From positions 1 to 45,390 of the forward strand of contig CAVEYA010000064.1 in the NCBI GenBank assembly GCA_963619935.1: a stretch of 45,390 nucleotides of DNA. Direction: 5' to 3'. Shown here in pieces: positions 1 to 8,387 of this stretch (position 1 is its first letter; each line of letters starts with the position of its first letter). This DNA is from a bacterium. Its GTDB lineage: Bacteria > Bacillota_I > Bacilli_A > RFN20 > CAG-826. Both the position numbers and the translations under genes were made by a program. The notes under the pieces are model-generated. The model saw only the letters and a program-made list of their open reading frames with translations. It had not been told where the DNA came from and made no database searches.

Positions 1-59
1 CATAATAAGGGAAGTTATATCATTTAGTCGGTAAAAAAATACCGAAAGAAAAAAGGAAT

Positions 60-692
60 ATGAAATCAATCTCCAAAAATCAATTAGAAAGATACCCACT
101 TTACCTCAAATACTTAATCTCTTTGCAAGATGAAGGTGAAGAATATATTACCTCTGGTAATATAGCTAATAAATTTAATTTAAATGAAGAATTAGTTAAA
201 AAGGATTTACAATGTGTCTCTACCTCATCAGGGATTCCTAAAAAAGGGAGAGAAATTTCTGCATTAATTAAAGATTTAAGTAATTTTTTAGGTTATCACA
301 ATGTGACAGACGCGATTTTAATCGGCGTTGGTAATTTAGGCAAAGCTTTTTTAAACTATGATGGATTTAATTCTTTTGGTTTAAATATTTTGGCGGGCTT
401 TGATATTAATCCGGATGTGGTAGGTACAACCATTAATGGTAAACCTGTTTTCCCTATGGAAAAATTAGAAAATTTAATTCAAAGAATGAAAATCAAGATT
501 GCCATTATTACTGTTCCAGCTGATTTTGCAAATGAAATTGGAGAAAGGCTTGTGAAAGCTGGTATAGAAGCAATTTGGAATTTTGCTCCAATACATATTG
601 ACGCTGCTAATGAGATAGTCGTGGAAAACGTTAACTTAGCATCCTCGTTAGCTAAGCTATCGCATAAATTAAAGACAAAAATAGAAAAATAA
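60..692 (+). CDS. rex: Redox-sensing transcriptional repressor Rex
   Basis: 210-aa ORF with an N-terminal winged-helix-like region (YPLYLKYL...) and the Rossmann GVGNLG NAD(H) motif typical of Rex. A purine-rich AAAGGA lies just before the ATG. Confidence 0.9.
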   Translation: MKSISKNQLERYPLYLKYLISLQDEGEEYITSGNIANKFNLNEELVKKDLQCVSTSSGIPKKGREISALIKDLSNFLGYHNVTDAILIGVGNLGKAFLNYDGFNSFGLNILAGFDINPDVVGTTINGKPVFPMEKLENLIQRMKIKIAIITVPADFANEIGERLVKAGIEAIWNFAPIHIDAANEIVVENVNLASSLAKLSHKLKTKIEK

Positions 693-724
693 ATATTTAT
701 AAAAGAAAAGGAGAACGAATATTT

Positions 725-3343
725 ATGGAAGAAAAAAAGGTAAACATCCAAGCTCAAGAAGAAGTGGATGAATTAGTCAAAAAAGGACTTGTTGCACTCG
801 ATGAATTCTTACTATTGAACCAAGAACAAATCGATTACATTGTCGCAAAATGTTGTGTAGCCGGTCTAGATCATCATGGCACACTCGCTAAAATAGCAGT
901 GGAAGAAACTAAACGTGGAGTCTTTGAAGATAAGGCCACTAAAAATTTATTTGCATGTGAATATGTGCAAAATAATATGCGTCATTTAAAGACTGTTGGT
1001 GTGATTAGTGAAGACCCAATTACTGGTATTACGCAAATTGCTGATCCTATTGGTGTATTAGCAGGTATTACCCCAGTTACTAATCCTACCTCTACAGTAA
1101 TTTTTAAATCTTTAATTTCATTAAAAACAAGAAACCCAATCATTTTTGCTTTCCATCCAAGCGCTCAAGAAAGCTCTAAAGCAGCAGCCATTGTGATGAG
1201 AGATGCTGCTGTTGCAGCAGGTGCACCAAAAGATTGTATTCAATGGATTGAACATCCAAGTATGGATGCAACTACTGCTTTAATGAACCATCCAGGTGTT
1301 GCTTCTATTTTAGCTACCGGCGGTAACGCGATGGTGAGAGCAGCCTATAGTTGTGGTAAACCAGCAATGGGTGTTGGTGCAGGTAACGTTCCTGCTTATA
1401 TGAATAAGTCTTGCAATGTAGAACAAGCTGTTAATGATATTGTTTTATCTAAATCATTTGACCATGGTATGATCTGTGCTTCTGAACAAGCAGTAATCAT
1501 TGATAAAGATATTTATGATGAATCCCTTAAATTATTTAAGAGATTTAAAGCTTATGTCGTCAATAAAGAAGAAAAAGTTAAACTTTCTCGTTATATGTTT
1601 GGCTTCGCTGCTGGTGATGAAGGCGTAGAAAATGGCAAGCTTAACCCAGCGATTGTTGGTCAAAGTGCCCATTGGATTGCTAAACAAGCTGGATTTGAAA
1701 TTCCAGAAGATACTTCTATTATCTTAGTAGAATGTAAAGAAGTTGGTTCAAAAGAACCAATTAGTAGAGAAAAACTTTCTCCAGTCTTAGCTGTCTTTAA
1801 AGTTAAAGATGATGTTGAAGGCTTTAAGAGAGCAGAAGAAATGGTTTGCTTCAATGGCTTAGGCCACTCCGCAGCAATTCATTGTAAAGAACAAGCAATG
1901 GCGGATGCCTATGGTGAAAATTGTAAAGCAATGAGAATTATTTGGAATTCACCATCTACCTTCGGTGGTATTGGTAATGTTTATAACTCATTCTTACCAT
2001 CTTTAACCTTAGGTTGTGGTAGTTATGGTCATAACTCCATTGGTGATAACGTCAGCGCAATTAACTTATTAAATATTAAAAAAGTCGGTAAAAGGAGAAA
2101 TACTGTGCAGTGGTTTAAGGTACCTTCCAAAATTTATTTTGAAAGAAATTCAATTCAATATTTAAAATCTTGTAAAAATCTATCAAGAGTCTTCATCGTA
2201 ACCGATGGTTCCATGGTGGAATTTGGCTTCTTAGATAAGATTACTTCTCAATTAAATGAAAGAAGAAATAAAGTGACAATTCAATTATTCTGTGATGTTG
2301 AACCTGATCCAGATATTGAAACAGTGAAGAAGGGTACCCGTTTAATGGAAGTCTTCAAACCTGACACAATTATTGCTTTAGGTGGTGGTTCCGTCATGGA
2401 CGCTGCTAAGGGTATGTGGTTATTCTATGAACACCCAGAAGTGAACTTCGATGATTTAAAACAAAAGTTCATGGATATCCGTAAGAGAGCGTTTAAATAT
2501 CCAGAATTAGGTAAGAAATCACACTTAATTTGTATTCCTACTACTTCTGGTACAGGTAGTGAAGTTACTCCTTTCGCAGTTATTTCTGATAAGAAAAATA
2601 ATAAGAAATATCCATTAACAGACTATTCTTTAACACCAACAATTGCGATTGTTGATCCAGAATTTACTACTAACTTACCTCCAAGAAGTACAGCCATGAC
2701 TGGTATGGATGTTTTAACTCATGCGATTGAAGCTTATGTTAGTGTGATGGCAAGTGACTACACAGATGGTTTAGCTTTAAAAGCGATTCAATTAGTCTTT
2801 GAATACTTACCACGTTGTGTGAAAAACGGTGCAAATGACTTGGAAGCAAGAGAAAAAGTGCATAACGCCGCTACTATTGCGGGTATGGCATTTGCTAATG
2901 CTTTCTTAGGTATGACACACTCTATGGCCCACAAAGTAGGAGCAGAATTCCATACAGTTCATGGATTAGCATGTTCCATTTTATTACCGTATGTAATAAA
3001 ATATAACGGCGAGGTCCCAACTAAGTTATCAGTGTGGCCAAAATATAATCATTACTGCGCTGATAAAAAGTATCAAGACATCGCAAAGTTATTAGGGCTT
3101 GAACATGATACCCCAGAACACGCTGTTGCGGCATTAGCAAAAGCAGTTACTGATTTAGCTAAAGAAATTAACTTACCAACTGCCTTCAAAGATGCAGGTA
3201 TTGATGAAGAAAATTTCTTCAAACACTTAGATCGTGTGGCATATTTGGCTTATGAAGATCAATGTTCCCCATGTAACCCAAGAGTACCAATGGTGGAAGA
3301 TATGAAAGATATCCTCACCCGTGCGTACTACGGAAAGGAATAA
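725..3343 (+). CDS. adhE: Bifunctional acetaldehyde-CoA / alcohol dehydrogenase AdhE
   Basis: 872 aa. N-terminal acylating aldehyde dehydrogenase (catalytic Cys in HGMICASEQ) fused to an iron-type alcohol dehydrogenase (GGGSVMDAAK, HSMAHKVG). AAGGAG SD upstream. Confidence 0.95.
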   Translation: MEEKKVNIQAQEEVDELVKKGLVALDEFLLLNQEQIDYIVAKCCVAGLDHHGTLAKIAVEETKRGVFEDKATKNLFACEYVQNNMRHLKTVGVISEDPITGITQIADPIGVLAGITPVTNPTSTVIFKSLISLKTRNPIIFAFHPSAQESSKAAAIVMRDAAVAAGAPKDCIQWIEHPSMDATTALMNHPGVASILATGGNAMVRAAYSCGKPAMGVGAGNVPAYMNKSCNVEQAVNDIVLSKSFDHGMICASEQAVIIDKDIYDESLKLFKRFKAYVVNKEEKVKLSRYMFGFAAGDEGVENGKLNPAIVGQSAHWIAKQAGFEIPEDTSIILVECKEVGSKEPISREKLSPVLAVFKVKDDVEGFKRAEEMVCFNGLGHSAAIHCKEQAMADAYGENCKAMRIIWNSPSTFGGIGNVYNSFLPSLTLGCGSYGHNSIGDNVSAINLLNIKKVGKRRNTVQWFKVPSKIYFERNSIQYLKSCKNLSRVFIVTDGSMVEFGFLDKITSQLNERRNKVTIQLFCDVEPDPDIETVKKGTRLMEVFKPDTIIALGGGSVMDAAKGMWLFYEHPEVNFDDLKQKFMDIRKRAFKYPELGKKSHLICIPTTSGTGSEVTPFAVISDKKNNKKYPLTDYSLTPTIAIVDPEFTTNLPPRSTAMTGMDVLTHAIEAYVSVMASDYTDGLALKAIQLVFEYLPRCVKNGANDLEAREKVHNAATIAGMAFANAFLGMTHSMAHKVGAEFHTVHGLACSILLPYVIKYNGEVPTKLSVWPKYNHYCADKKYQDIAKLLGLEHDTPEHAVAALAKAVTDLAKEINLPTAFKDAGIDEENFFKHLDRVAYLAYEDQCSPCNPRVPMVEDMKDILTRAYYGKE

Positions 3344-3344
3344 T

Positions 3345-3587
3345 ATGGAAATATTAATTTGTGTCGGTAGTTCATGCCATTTGAAAGATAGTTACGATAT
3401 CATCAATCTATTTAAAGAAGCTGTTAAAGCTCATAATTTAGAAAATGAAGTAAACCTAAGAGGCACTTTCTGTTTAGGAAAGTGCGCCTCTTCTGGGGTT
3501 ACTATCAAAGTTGATGATGAAATCATAACAGGAACAACAAAAGATAACTTTGAAGAAGTATTTAACAAATACGTACTTAAAAAATAG
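3345..3587 (+). CDS. Small thioredoxin-like [2Fe-2S] ferredoxin (HfsA-like)
   Basis: 80 aa from ATG 3345 (the ORF-track GTG at 3321 lies inside adhE). Four Cys arranged CVGSSC...CLGKC (C-x4-C ... C-x3-C). GGAAAGGAA SD. Starts 1 nt after the adhE stop. Confidence 0.7.
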   Translation: MEILICVGSSCHLKDSYDIINLFKEAVKAHNLENEVNLRGTFCLGKCASSGVTIKVDDEIITGTTKDNFEEVFNKYVLKK

Positions 3588-3595
3588 GGAATAAT

Positions 3596-5269
3596 ATGGA
3601 ATATTGTTTAATTTCAAAGACAATCAATTGTAAAAACTGCTACAAATGTATTAGACATTGCCCAATTAAGGCAATCTCATTTAAAGATAATAAAGCAGAA
3701 ATCATTCAAGAAGAATGCATTTTATGTGGCAAATGTCATTTAGTGTGCCCACAAAATTTAAAAATTGTCCGTGATGACACAAAGATTGTCGAAGAATTAA
3801 TCAAGAAGCATGAAGTTATTGTCTCTATTGCTCCTTCCTTTGTTTCTTATTACCACACCGGAATTAGTAACGTTAAAGAAGCTTTATTAAAGCTTGGTTT
3901 TAAGGATGTAGAAGAAACTGCAGTTGGGGCGACAATTGTAAAAAAACAATATGAAAAAATCTTAGATGAAGGAAAACAAGATATCTTAATTTCATCTTGC
4001 TGTCATTCTGTTAATCTATTAATTCAAAAGCATTATAAAGGCGCTTTAAAATACCTCGCTAATGTTTATTCCCCAATGGTGGCCCATGGTAAAGATATTA
4101 AAGAGAGAAATAAAGACGCGAAAGTTGTCTTTATTGGACCATGTATCGCCAAGAAAAATGAAGGCGATAGACATCAAGAATATATTGATGCCGTCTTAAC
4201 TTTTGAGGAATTGGATAATTTATTAAAAGAAAATGATATTGAGATTAATCAAGACCATGTTATTAAAAACGAAATTGAAGAATCTAAAGCTAGATTATTC
4301 CCAACTACAGGCGGTATTTTAAAAACTTTAAGTAAAAGAAATGACAATTACACTTATTTAGCCATTGATGGCGTAGAAGAATGTGAAGCTGTCTTACAAG
4401 ATATTCTTGATGGTAAGATTCATCACTGTTTTATTGAAATGAGCGCATGTCACGGCAGTTGTGTAAATGGGCCAATCATGAAACATGATGATTCTATTAT
4501 TACTCGTGATATTGAAATTAATCATTACGCTGGTAAGAAAGACTTTGTTGTTAAAGACACAAATATTAATTATGACTACCAACCAATTTATCACACTAAT
4601 TACGCCACTCCTTCGGAAAAAGACATTCAAGAAATTTTAAATAGTATTGGTAAAACCGATAAAGAACATGAACTTAATTGTGGTTCATGTGGATATGAAA
4701 CATGCCGTAAAAAGGCTGTCGCAGTTCTTCTTAAAAGAGCAACCAGGGAAATGTGCTTACCATATTTAATGGAAAAAGCTCAATCATTCTCTAATAACAT
4801 TGTGAATAATTCTAATGTTGGTTACATCGTTTTAGATGAAAACTTAAATATTCAATTAGTAAATCATAGATTATGTACAATTATTGGTATTAATAATCAA
4901 CAAGATGTGATTAAAAGACCAGTATCCACAATTTTTGATCCAACAGATTTTGCTCGCGCTTTAGCGGGTGACGCCTTACCTTTATACCAAAAAGAATATC
5001 TTTCTAGCTATGATAAATATGTTGAAAAATCGATTCATTATGATGAAAAGTATCATATTTTAATTGCTTCTATTAAAGATATTACTAGTGAAGAAATTGC
5101 TAAACAAAAGCGACAAGAAAGTGTACAAAAGACACTTAAAATTGCCGATGAATTAATTGAAAAACATATGCGCGCAGTGCAAGAAATTGCCTCTTTATTG
5201 GGTGAATCTGCCGCAGAAACTAAGGTTGCCTTACTTTCTTTAAAAGAGACTCTTGACCATGATAAATAA
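3596..5269 (+). CDS. hydS: Sensory-type [FeFe]-hydrogenase with PAS domain (HydS / HfsB-like)
   Basis: 557 aa. Two CxxCxxCxxxCP motifs, H-cluster motifs SSCCH / GPCIAKKNE / EMSACHGSCVNGP, an extra C-x2-C-x4-C-x16-C motif, a PAS-like segment and a coiled-coil tail. Confidence 0.8.
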   Translation: MEYCLISKTINCKNCYKCIRHCPIKAISFKDNKAEIIQEECILCGKCHLVCPQNLKIVRDDTKIVEELIKKHEVIVSIAPSFVSYYHTGISNVKEALLKLGFKDVEETAVGATIVKKQYEKILDEGKQDILISSCCHSVNLLIQKHYKGALKYLANVYSPMVAHGKDIKERNKDAKVVFIGPCIAKKNEGDRHQEYIDAVLTFEELDNLLKENDIEINQDHVIKNEIEESKARLFPTTGGILKTLSKRNDNYTYLAIDGVEECEAVLQDILDGKIHHCFIEMSACHGSCVNGPIMKHDDSIITRDIEINHYAGKKDFVVKDTNINYDYQPIYHTNYATPSEKDIQEILNSIGKTDKEHELNCGSCGYETCRKKAVAVLLKRATREMCLPYLMEKAQSFSNNIVNNSNVGYIVLDENLNIQLVNHRLCTIIGINNQQDVIKRPVSTIFDPTDFARALAGDALPLYQKEYLSSYDKYVEKSIHYDEKYHILIASIKDITSEEIAKQKRQESVQKTLKIADELIEKHMRAVQEIASLLGESAAETKVALLSLKETLDHDK

Positions 5270-6434
5270 TTTAATTACGGAGATTGCTTATTCTTCCGTT
5301 AACCATGTCGGTGAAGAACTCTGTGGCGATAATGTACAAATTATTGAAACAAAAGACGGTAAGGTAATTGTTTTATCTGACGGTTTGGGAAGTGGTGTTA
5401 AAGCTAATATTTTATCCACTTTAACTAGTAAGATGTTATCTACCATGATTGCTAACAATATTTCCATTAAAGAATGTGTAGAAGCGGTCATTGAGACATT
5501 ACCAATTTGTAAAGAAAGACATATTGCGTATTCCACTTTCTCAATTATTAAAATCTCTAATTCTAGAGATGTTGAGATTTATAATTACGATAATCCTTTA
5601 CCATTTTGTATAAACCGTGATGGATTAGTAAAAATTAAATACGAAGAAGAAGTTATTTCAAATAAAAAAATTTACCATGGAGTAGGTAAATTAAATGTTG
5701 ATGATGTCATCTTTTTAATGAGTGATGGAATTATCCATGCTGGTATTGGAGCATCTTTAAACTTTGGCTGGACAATTGATGAAGTAGAAAAATATGTTTC
5801 TAGTTTATATAACGCTGATAATTACTCTGCAAAAACATTAACCACAATCTTGCTTGATCAAGTTAATCGATTATATAACTTTAAGCCAGGAGATGACGCG
5901 ACTGTCGCTGCAATTAAAATTCGTAAAAGAGCAATGTCTAATATCTTTGTTGGGCCACCGACAGATCATAAAGATGATGCGAAGATGGTAAACCTGTTTA
6001 TGGCAAAAGCTGGCAAACATATTGTTTGTGGCGGAACAACAAGCAAAATATTTGCCAAATGTTTAAATCGCGAAATCATCTTTGATGGAGAATATGTTGA
6101 TAAAGAAATTCCTCCAACAAGTAAAATTGAAGGTTTAGATGTCGTTAGTGAAGGAATTATTACTTTAAAGAAAGTTCTCTACTACGCAAATAATTTATTA
6201 GATGAGAATAACACTGAGTACTTCAATTGGTGCTATAAACTTGATGGAGCAAGCCAAATTGCCCGTATTCTATTTGAAGAATCAACGGATGTTAATATCT
6301 TTGTTGGATGTGCGAGTAATGTTGCTCATCAAGATAGTGGAGAAATTGATATTAATAGCAAGCTAACAATGCTTGATCAGTTAAAAAAAGATTTAGAAAA
6401 GATGTCCAAAAAAGTGACAATTACTTATTTTTAG
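5259..6434 (+). CDS. SpoIIE/PP2C-family protein phosphatase with an uncharacterised C-terminal domain (HfsC-like)
   Basis: Motifs CGDN, LSDGLGSGVKA, MSDGIIHAG, GDDATVAAIKI. ATG 5259 overlaps the hydS 3' end by 11 nt; the ORF-track TTG at 5253 is an alternative start. Confidence 0.75.
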   Translation: MINNLITEIAYSSVNHVGEELCGDNVQIIETKDGKVIVLSDGLGSGVKANILSTLTSKMLSTMIANNISIKECVEAVIETLPICKERHIAYSTFSIIKISNSRDVEIYNYDNPLPFCINRDGLVKIKYEEEVISNKKIYHGVGKLNVDDVIFLMSDGIIHAGIGASLNFGWTIDEVEKYVSSLYNADNYSAKTLTTILLDQVNRLYNFKPGDDATVAAIKIRKRAMSNIFVGPPTDHKDDAKMVNLFMAKAGKHIVCGGTTSKIFAKCLNREIIFDGEYVDKEIPPTSKIEGLDVVSEGIITLKKVLYYANNLLDENNTEYFNWCYKLDGASQIARILFEESTDVNIFVGCASNVAHQDSGEIDINSKLTMLDQLKKDLEKMSKKVTITYF

Positions 6435-6444
6435 GAGAGAAGTT

Positions 6445-7884
6445 ATGCAAAAGTTTGATACAAATGTCCAAGAATTAAAATTTAAAGTCTTAAAGCGTGT
6501 CGCCAAAAGCGCGATTGATGGTAATTTATTAGAAGATTATAACGAAATCGCTAAAGAAGTGGTACCTGGTCCAAAACCATCTATGCGTTGCTGTATCTAT
6601 AAAGAAAGAGCAATTGTTTTAGAAAGAATTAAATTAGCGTTGGGTGGCGATAAGAATAATCCAAATATCGTAGAAGTTTTACCAATTGCTTGTGATGAAT
6701 GCCCAACTGGTGGTTATCAAGTGACAAATCGTTGCCGTGGGTGCATTGCTCACCGCTGCGAAAAAGCTTGTTTCCGTCATGCTATTAAATTTGATCCTAA
6801 TACTCGTTCTGCTTATATTGATAAATCGTTATGTGTGAACTGTGGAATGTGTGCTAAGGCTTGTCAATATGAAGCAATTGTCAATATTCAACGTCCATGT
6901 GAACAATCTTGTAAGGTGAAAGCTATCTCTATGAATGAAGATTTCTCTGCGAAGATTGATAATGAAAAGTGTATTCAATGTGGTAACTGTGTTTACCAAT
7001 GTCCATTTGGTGCAATTATGGATAAATCTATGATTGTGGATGTGATTAATGAAATTAAAAATAGTGAACAATCTAAGAAGTACCCAGTTTACGCAGTGAT
7101 TGCTCCTTCTATTTCAACACAATTCAAGACTGCAACGATTGGACAAATTATTACTGCCATTAAAAAATGTGGATTTAAATCTGTTGTAGAAGCCGCTTTA
7201 GGAGCTGATATGGTAGCTTATAACGAGGCTAAAGAATTAGCTAAAGAAGGAAAGATGACTTCTAGTTGCTGTCCAACTTTTGTCACTTTAATTAATAAAT
7301 ACTTCCCTGAATTAAAGGGCTATATTTCTACTTCTTTATCTCCAATGGCAGTGATTTCTCGTTATATTAAAACAGACCATCCAAACGCAAAGATTGTTTT
7401 TGTTGGTCCATGTATCTCGAAAAAGATGGAAATTCGTCGTGAGGATGTTAAACCTTATGTTGATTATGTTTTAACATTTGAAGAAATGAATGCTTTAATC
7501 GCTGCATATGATATTGATATTCCTTCATTAGAAGAAGGTGTCTTAGATAATGCTTCTTACTTTGGCCGTTGCTTTGCCCGTTGTGGTGGGGTTTCTGACG
7601 CAGTAAAAGAATCACTTAAAGAACAAAATATTGATTTTGATTTACACGTTTGCCAAGCTGATGGTGTCACTAACTGTATGGCGGCCTTAAGCAAATTAAA
7701 AAATAACACGGCTGACTTTAATTTCCTAGAAGGCATGGGCTGTGTAAATGGTTGCATCGGTGGCCCAGGATGTGTCACTCATGAAATTAGAGATAAAATG
7801 GATGTTGATAAATATGGTAAATTAGCAAAAGAAAAGACCATTATTGATTCCGTTTCCGTCTTCGGCATTGATAAAGAAAAATAG
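6445..7884 (+). CDS. hydA: [FeFe]-hydrogenase, catalytic type (group B-like monomeric form, HfsD-like)
   Basis: 479 aa. Cys-rich N-terminus, two 4Fe-4S ferredoxin motifs (CVNCGMCAKAC, CIQCGNCVYQCP), H-cluster motifs TSSCCP, GPCISKKME, EGMGCVNGCIGGPGC. GGAGAG SD. Confidence 0.8.
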   Translation: MQKFDTNVQELKFKVLKRVAKSAIDGNLLEDYNEIAKEVVPGPKPSMRCCIYKERAIVLERIKLALGGDKNNPNIVEVLPIACDECPTGGYQVTNRCRGCIAHRCEKACFRHAIKFDPNTRSAYIDKSLCVNCGMCAKACQYEAIVNIQRPCEQSCKVKAISMNEDFSAKIDNEKCIQCGNCVYQCPFGAIMDKSMIVDVINEIKNSEQSKKYPVYAVIAPSISTQFKTATIGQIITAIKKCGFKSVVEAALGADMVAYNEAKELAKEGKMTSSCCPTFVTLINKYFPELKGYISTSLSPMAVISRYIKTDHPNAKIVFVGPCISKKMEIRREDVKPYVDYVLTFEEMNALIAAYDIDIPSLEEGVLDNASYFGRCFARCGGVSDAVKESLKEQNIDFDLHVCQADGVTNCMAALSKLKNNTADFNFLEGMGCVNGCIGGPGCVTHEIRDKMDVDKYGKLAKEKTIIDSVSVFGIDKEK

Positions 7885-7903
7885 AATTTAACTAATTTTA
7901 CTT

Positions 7904-7936
7904 AACCGAATTCTTAATGAGTTCGGTTTTTATTTA
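7904..7936 (+). terminator. Intrinsic terminator ending the rex-to-hydA operon
   Basis: AACCGAATTC / GAGTTCGGTT stem (10 bp with one G-U pair), 5-nt loop, then TTTTTATTT. Confidence 0.7.
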
Positions 7937-7981
7937 TAAACTTTTACTTTCTTGATACATAGGGGGCTGATATTCCTATGC

Positions 7982-8010
7982 TTGACACAATCTTATATAT
8001 CAAGTAAAAT
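7982..8010 (+). promoter_or_regulatory. Sigma-A type promoter for asp23-fakA
   Basis: TTGACA (7982-7987), 17-nt spacer, TAAAAT (8005-8010). Confidence 0.6.
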
Positions 8011-8034
8011 GTGAGCACTCCTATAAGGAGTATT

Positions 8035-8382
8035 ATGAAAGAGACAAATAAAACCACAATAAATATTAAAGAATTAATTAACCTTATTCGTGAAACCGCG
8101 ATTAAGTGTTATGGTGTGGTTTCAATTGCCAGTAAAGAAAACGTCTTTGACGACGTATTAACTCAACTTACCAAGAAAGGAAAAATGGAGGAAGGTATCT
8201 TCGTGAAAAGAAAATCCGACGGTACTTTTGCTGTTAACATTTACTTAGTATTGGCGAACGGAATTAAAATTACTGAAGCTCTTAGAGAATGTCAAAAAAG
8301 TATTGAACATACTTTAAAGAAAACTTATCCAAATTCAATTCGTCAGGTAAATGTATTTGCGGAACATATCTCCATTAACTAA
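8035..8382 (+). CDS. Asp23/Gls24-family envelope stress protein
   Basis: 115 aa from ATG 8035, with AAGGAG SD at 8025-8030 (ORF-track GTG 8011 rejected). Family-typical sequence and position just upstream of fakA. Confidence 0.85.
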   Translation: MKETNKTTINIKELINLIRETAIKCYGVVSIASKENVFDDVLTQLTKKGKMEEGIFVKRKSDGTFAVNIYLVLANGIKITEALRECQKSIEHTLKKTYPNSIRQVNVFAEHISIN

Positions 8383-8387
8383 GAACA

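Noticed and set aside
28-45. Hairpin TCGGTA-AAAAAA-TACCGA just upstream of rex
   Set aside because: No U-tract on either strand, so it is not a terminator. It is not a Rex-box-like palindrome. Too little upstream sequence is in the window to interpret it.
1-724. Rex operator upstream of rex or adhE
   Set aside because: I looked for TTGTGAA/TTCACAA- or TTGTTAA/TTAACAA-type inverted repeats and found none in 1-59 or in the 32-bp rex-adhE gap. Isolated TGTGAA or TTCACA words elsewhere are inside genes and have no partner half-site.
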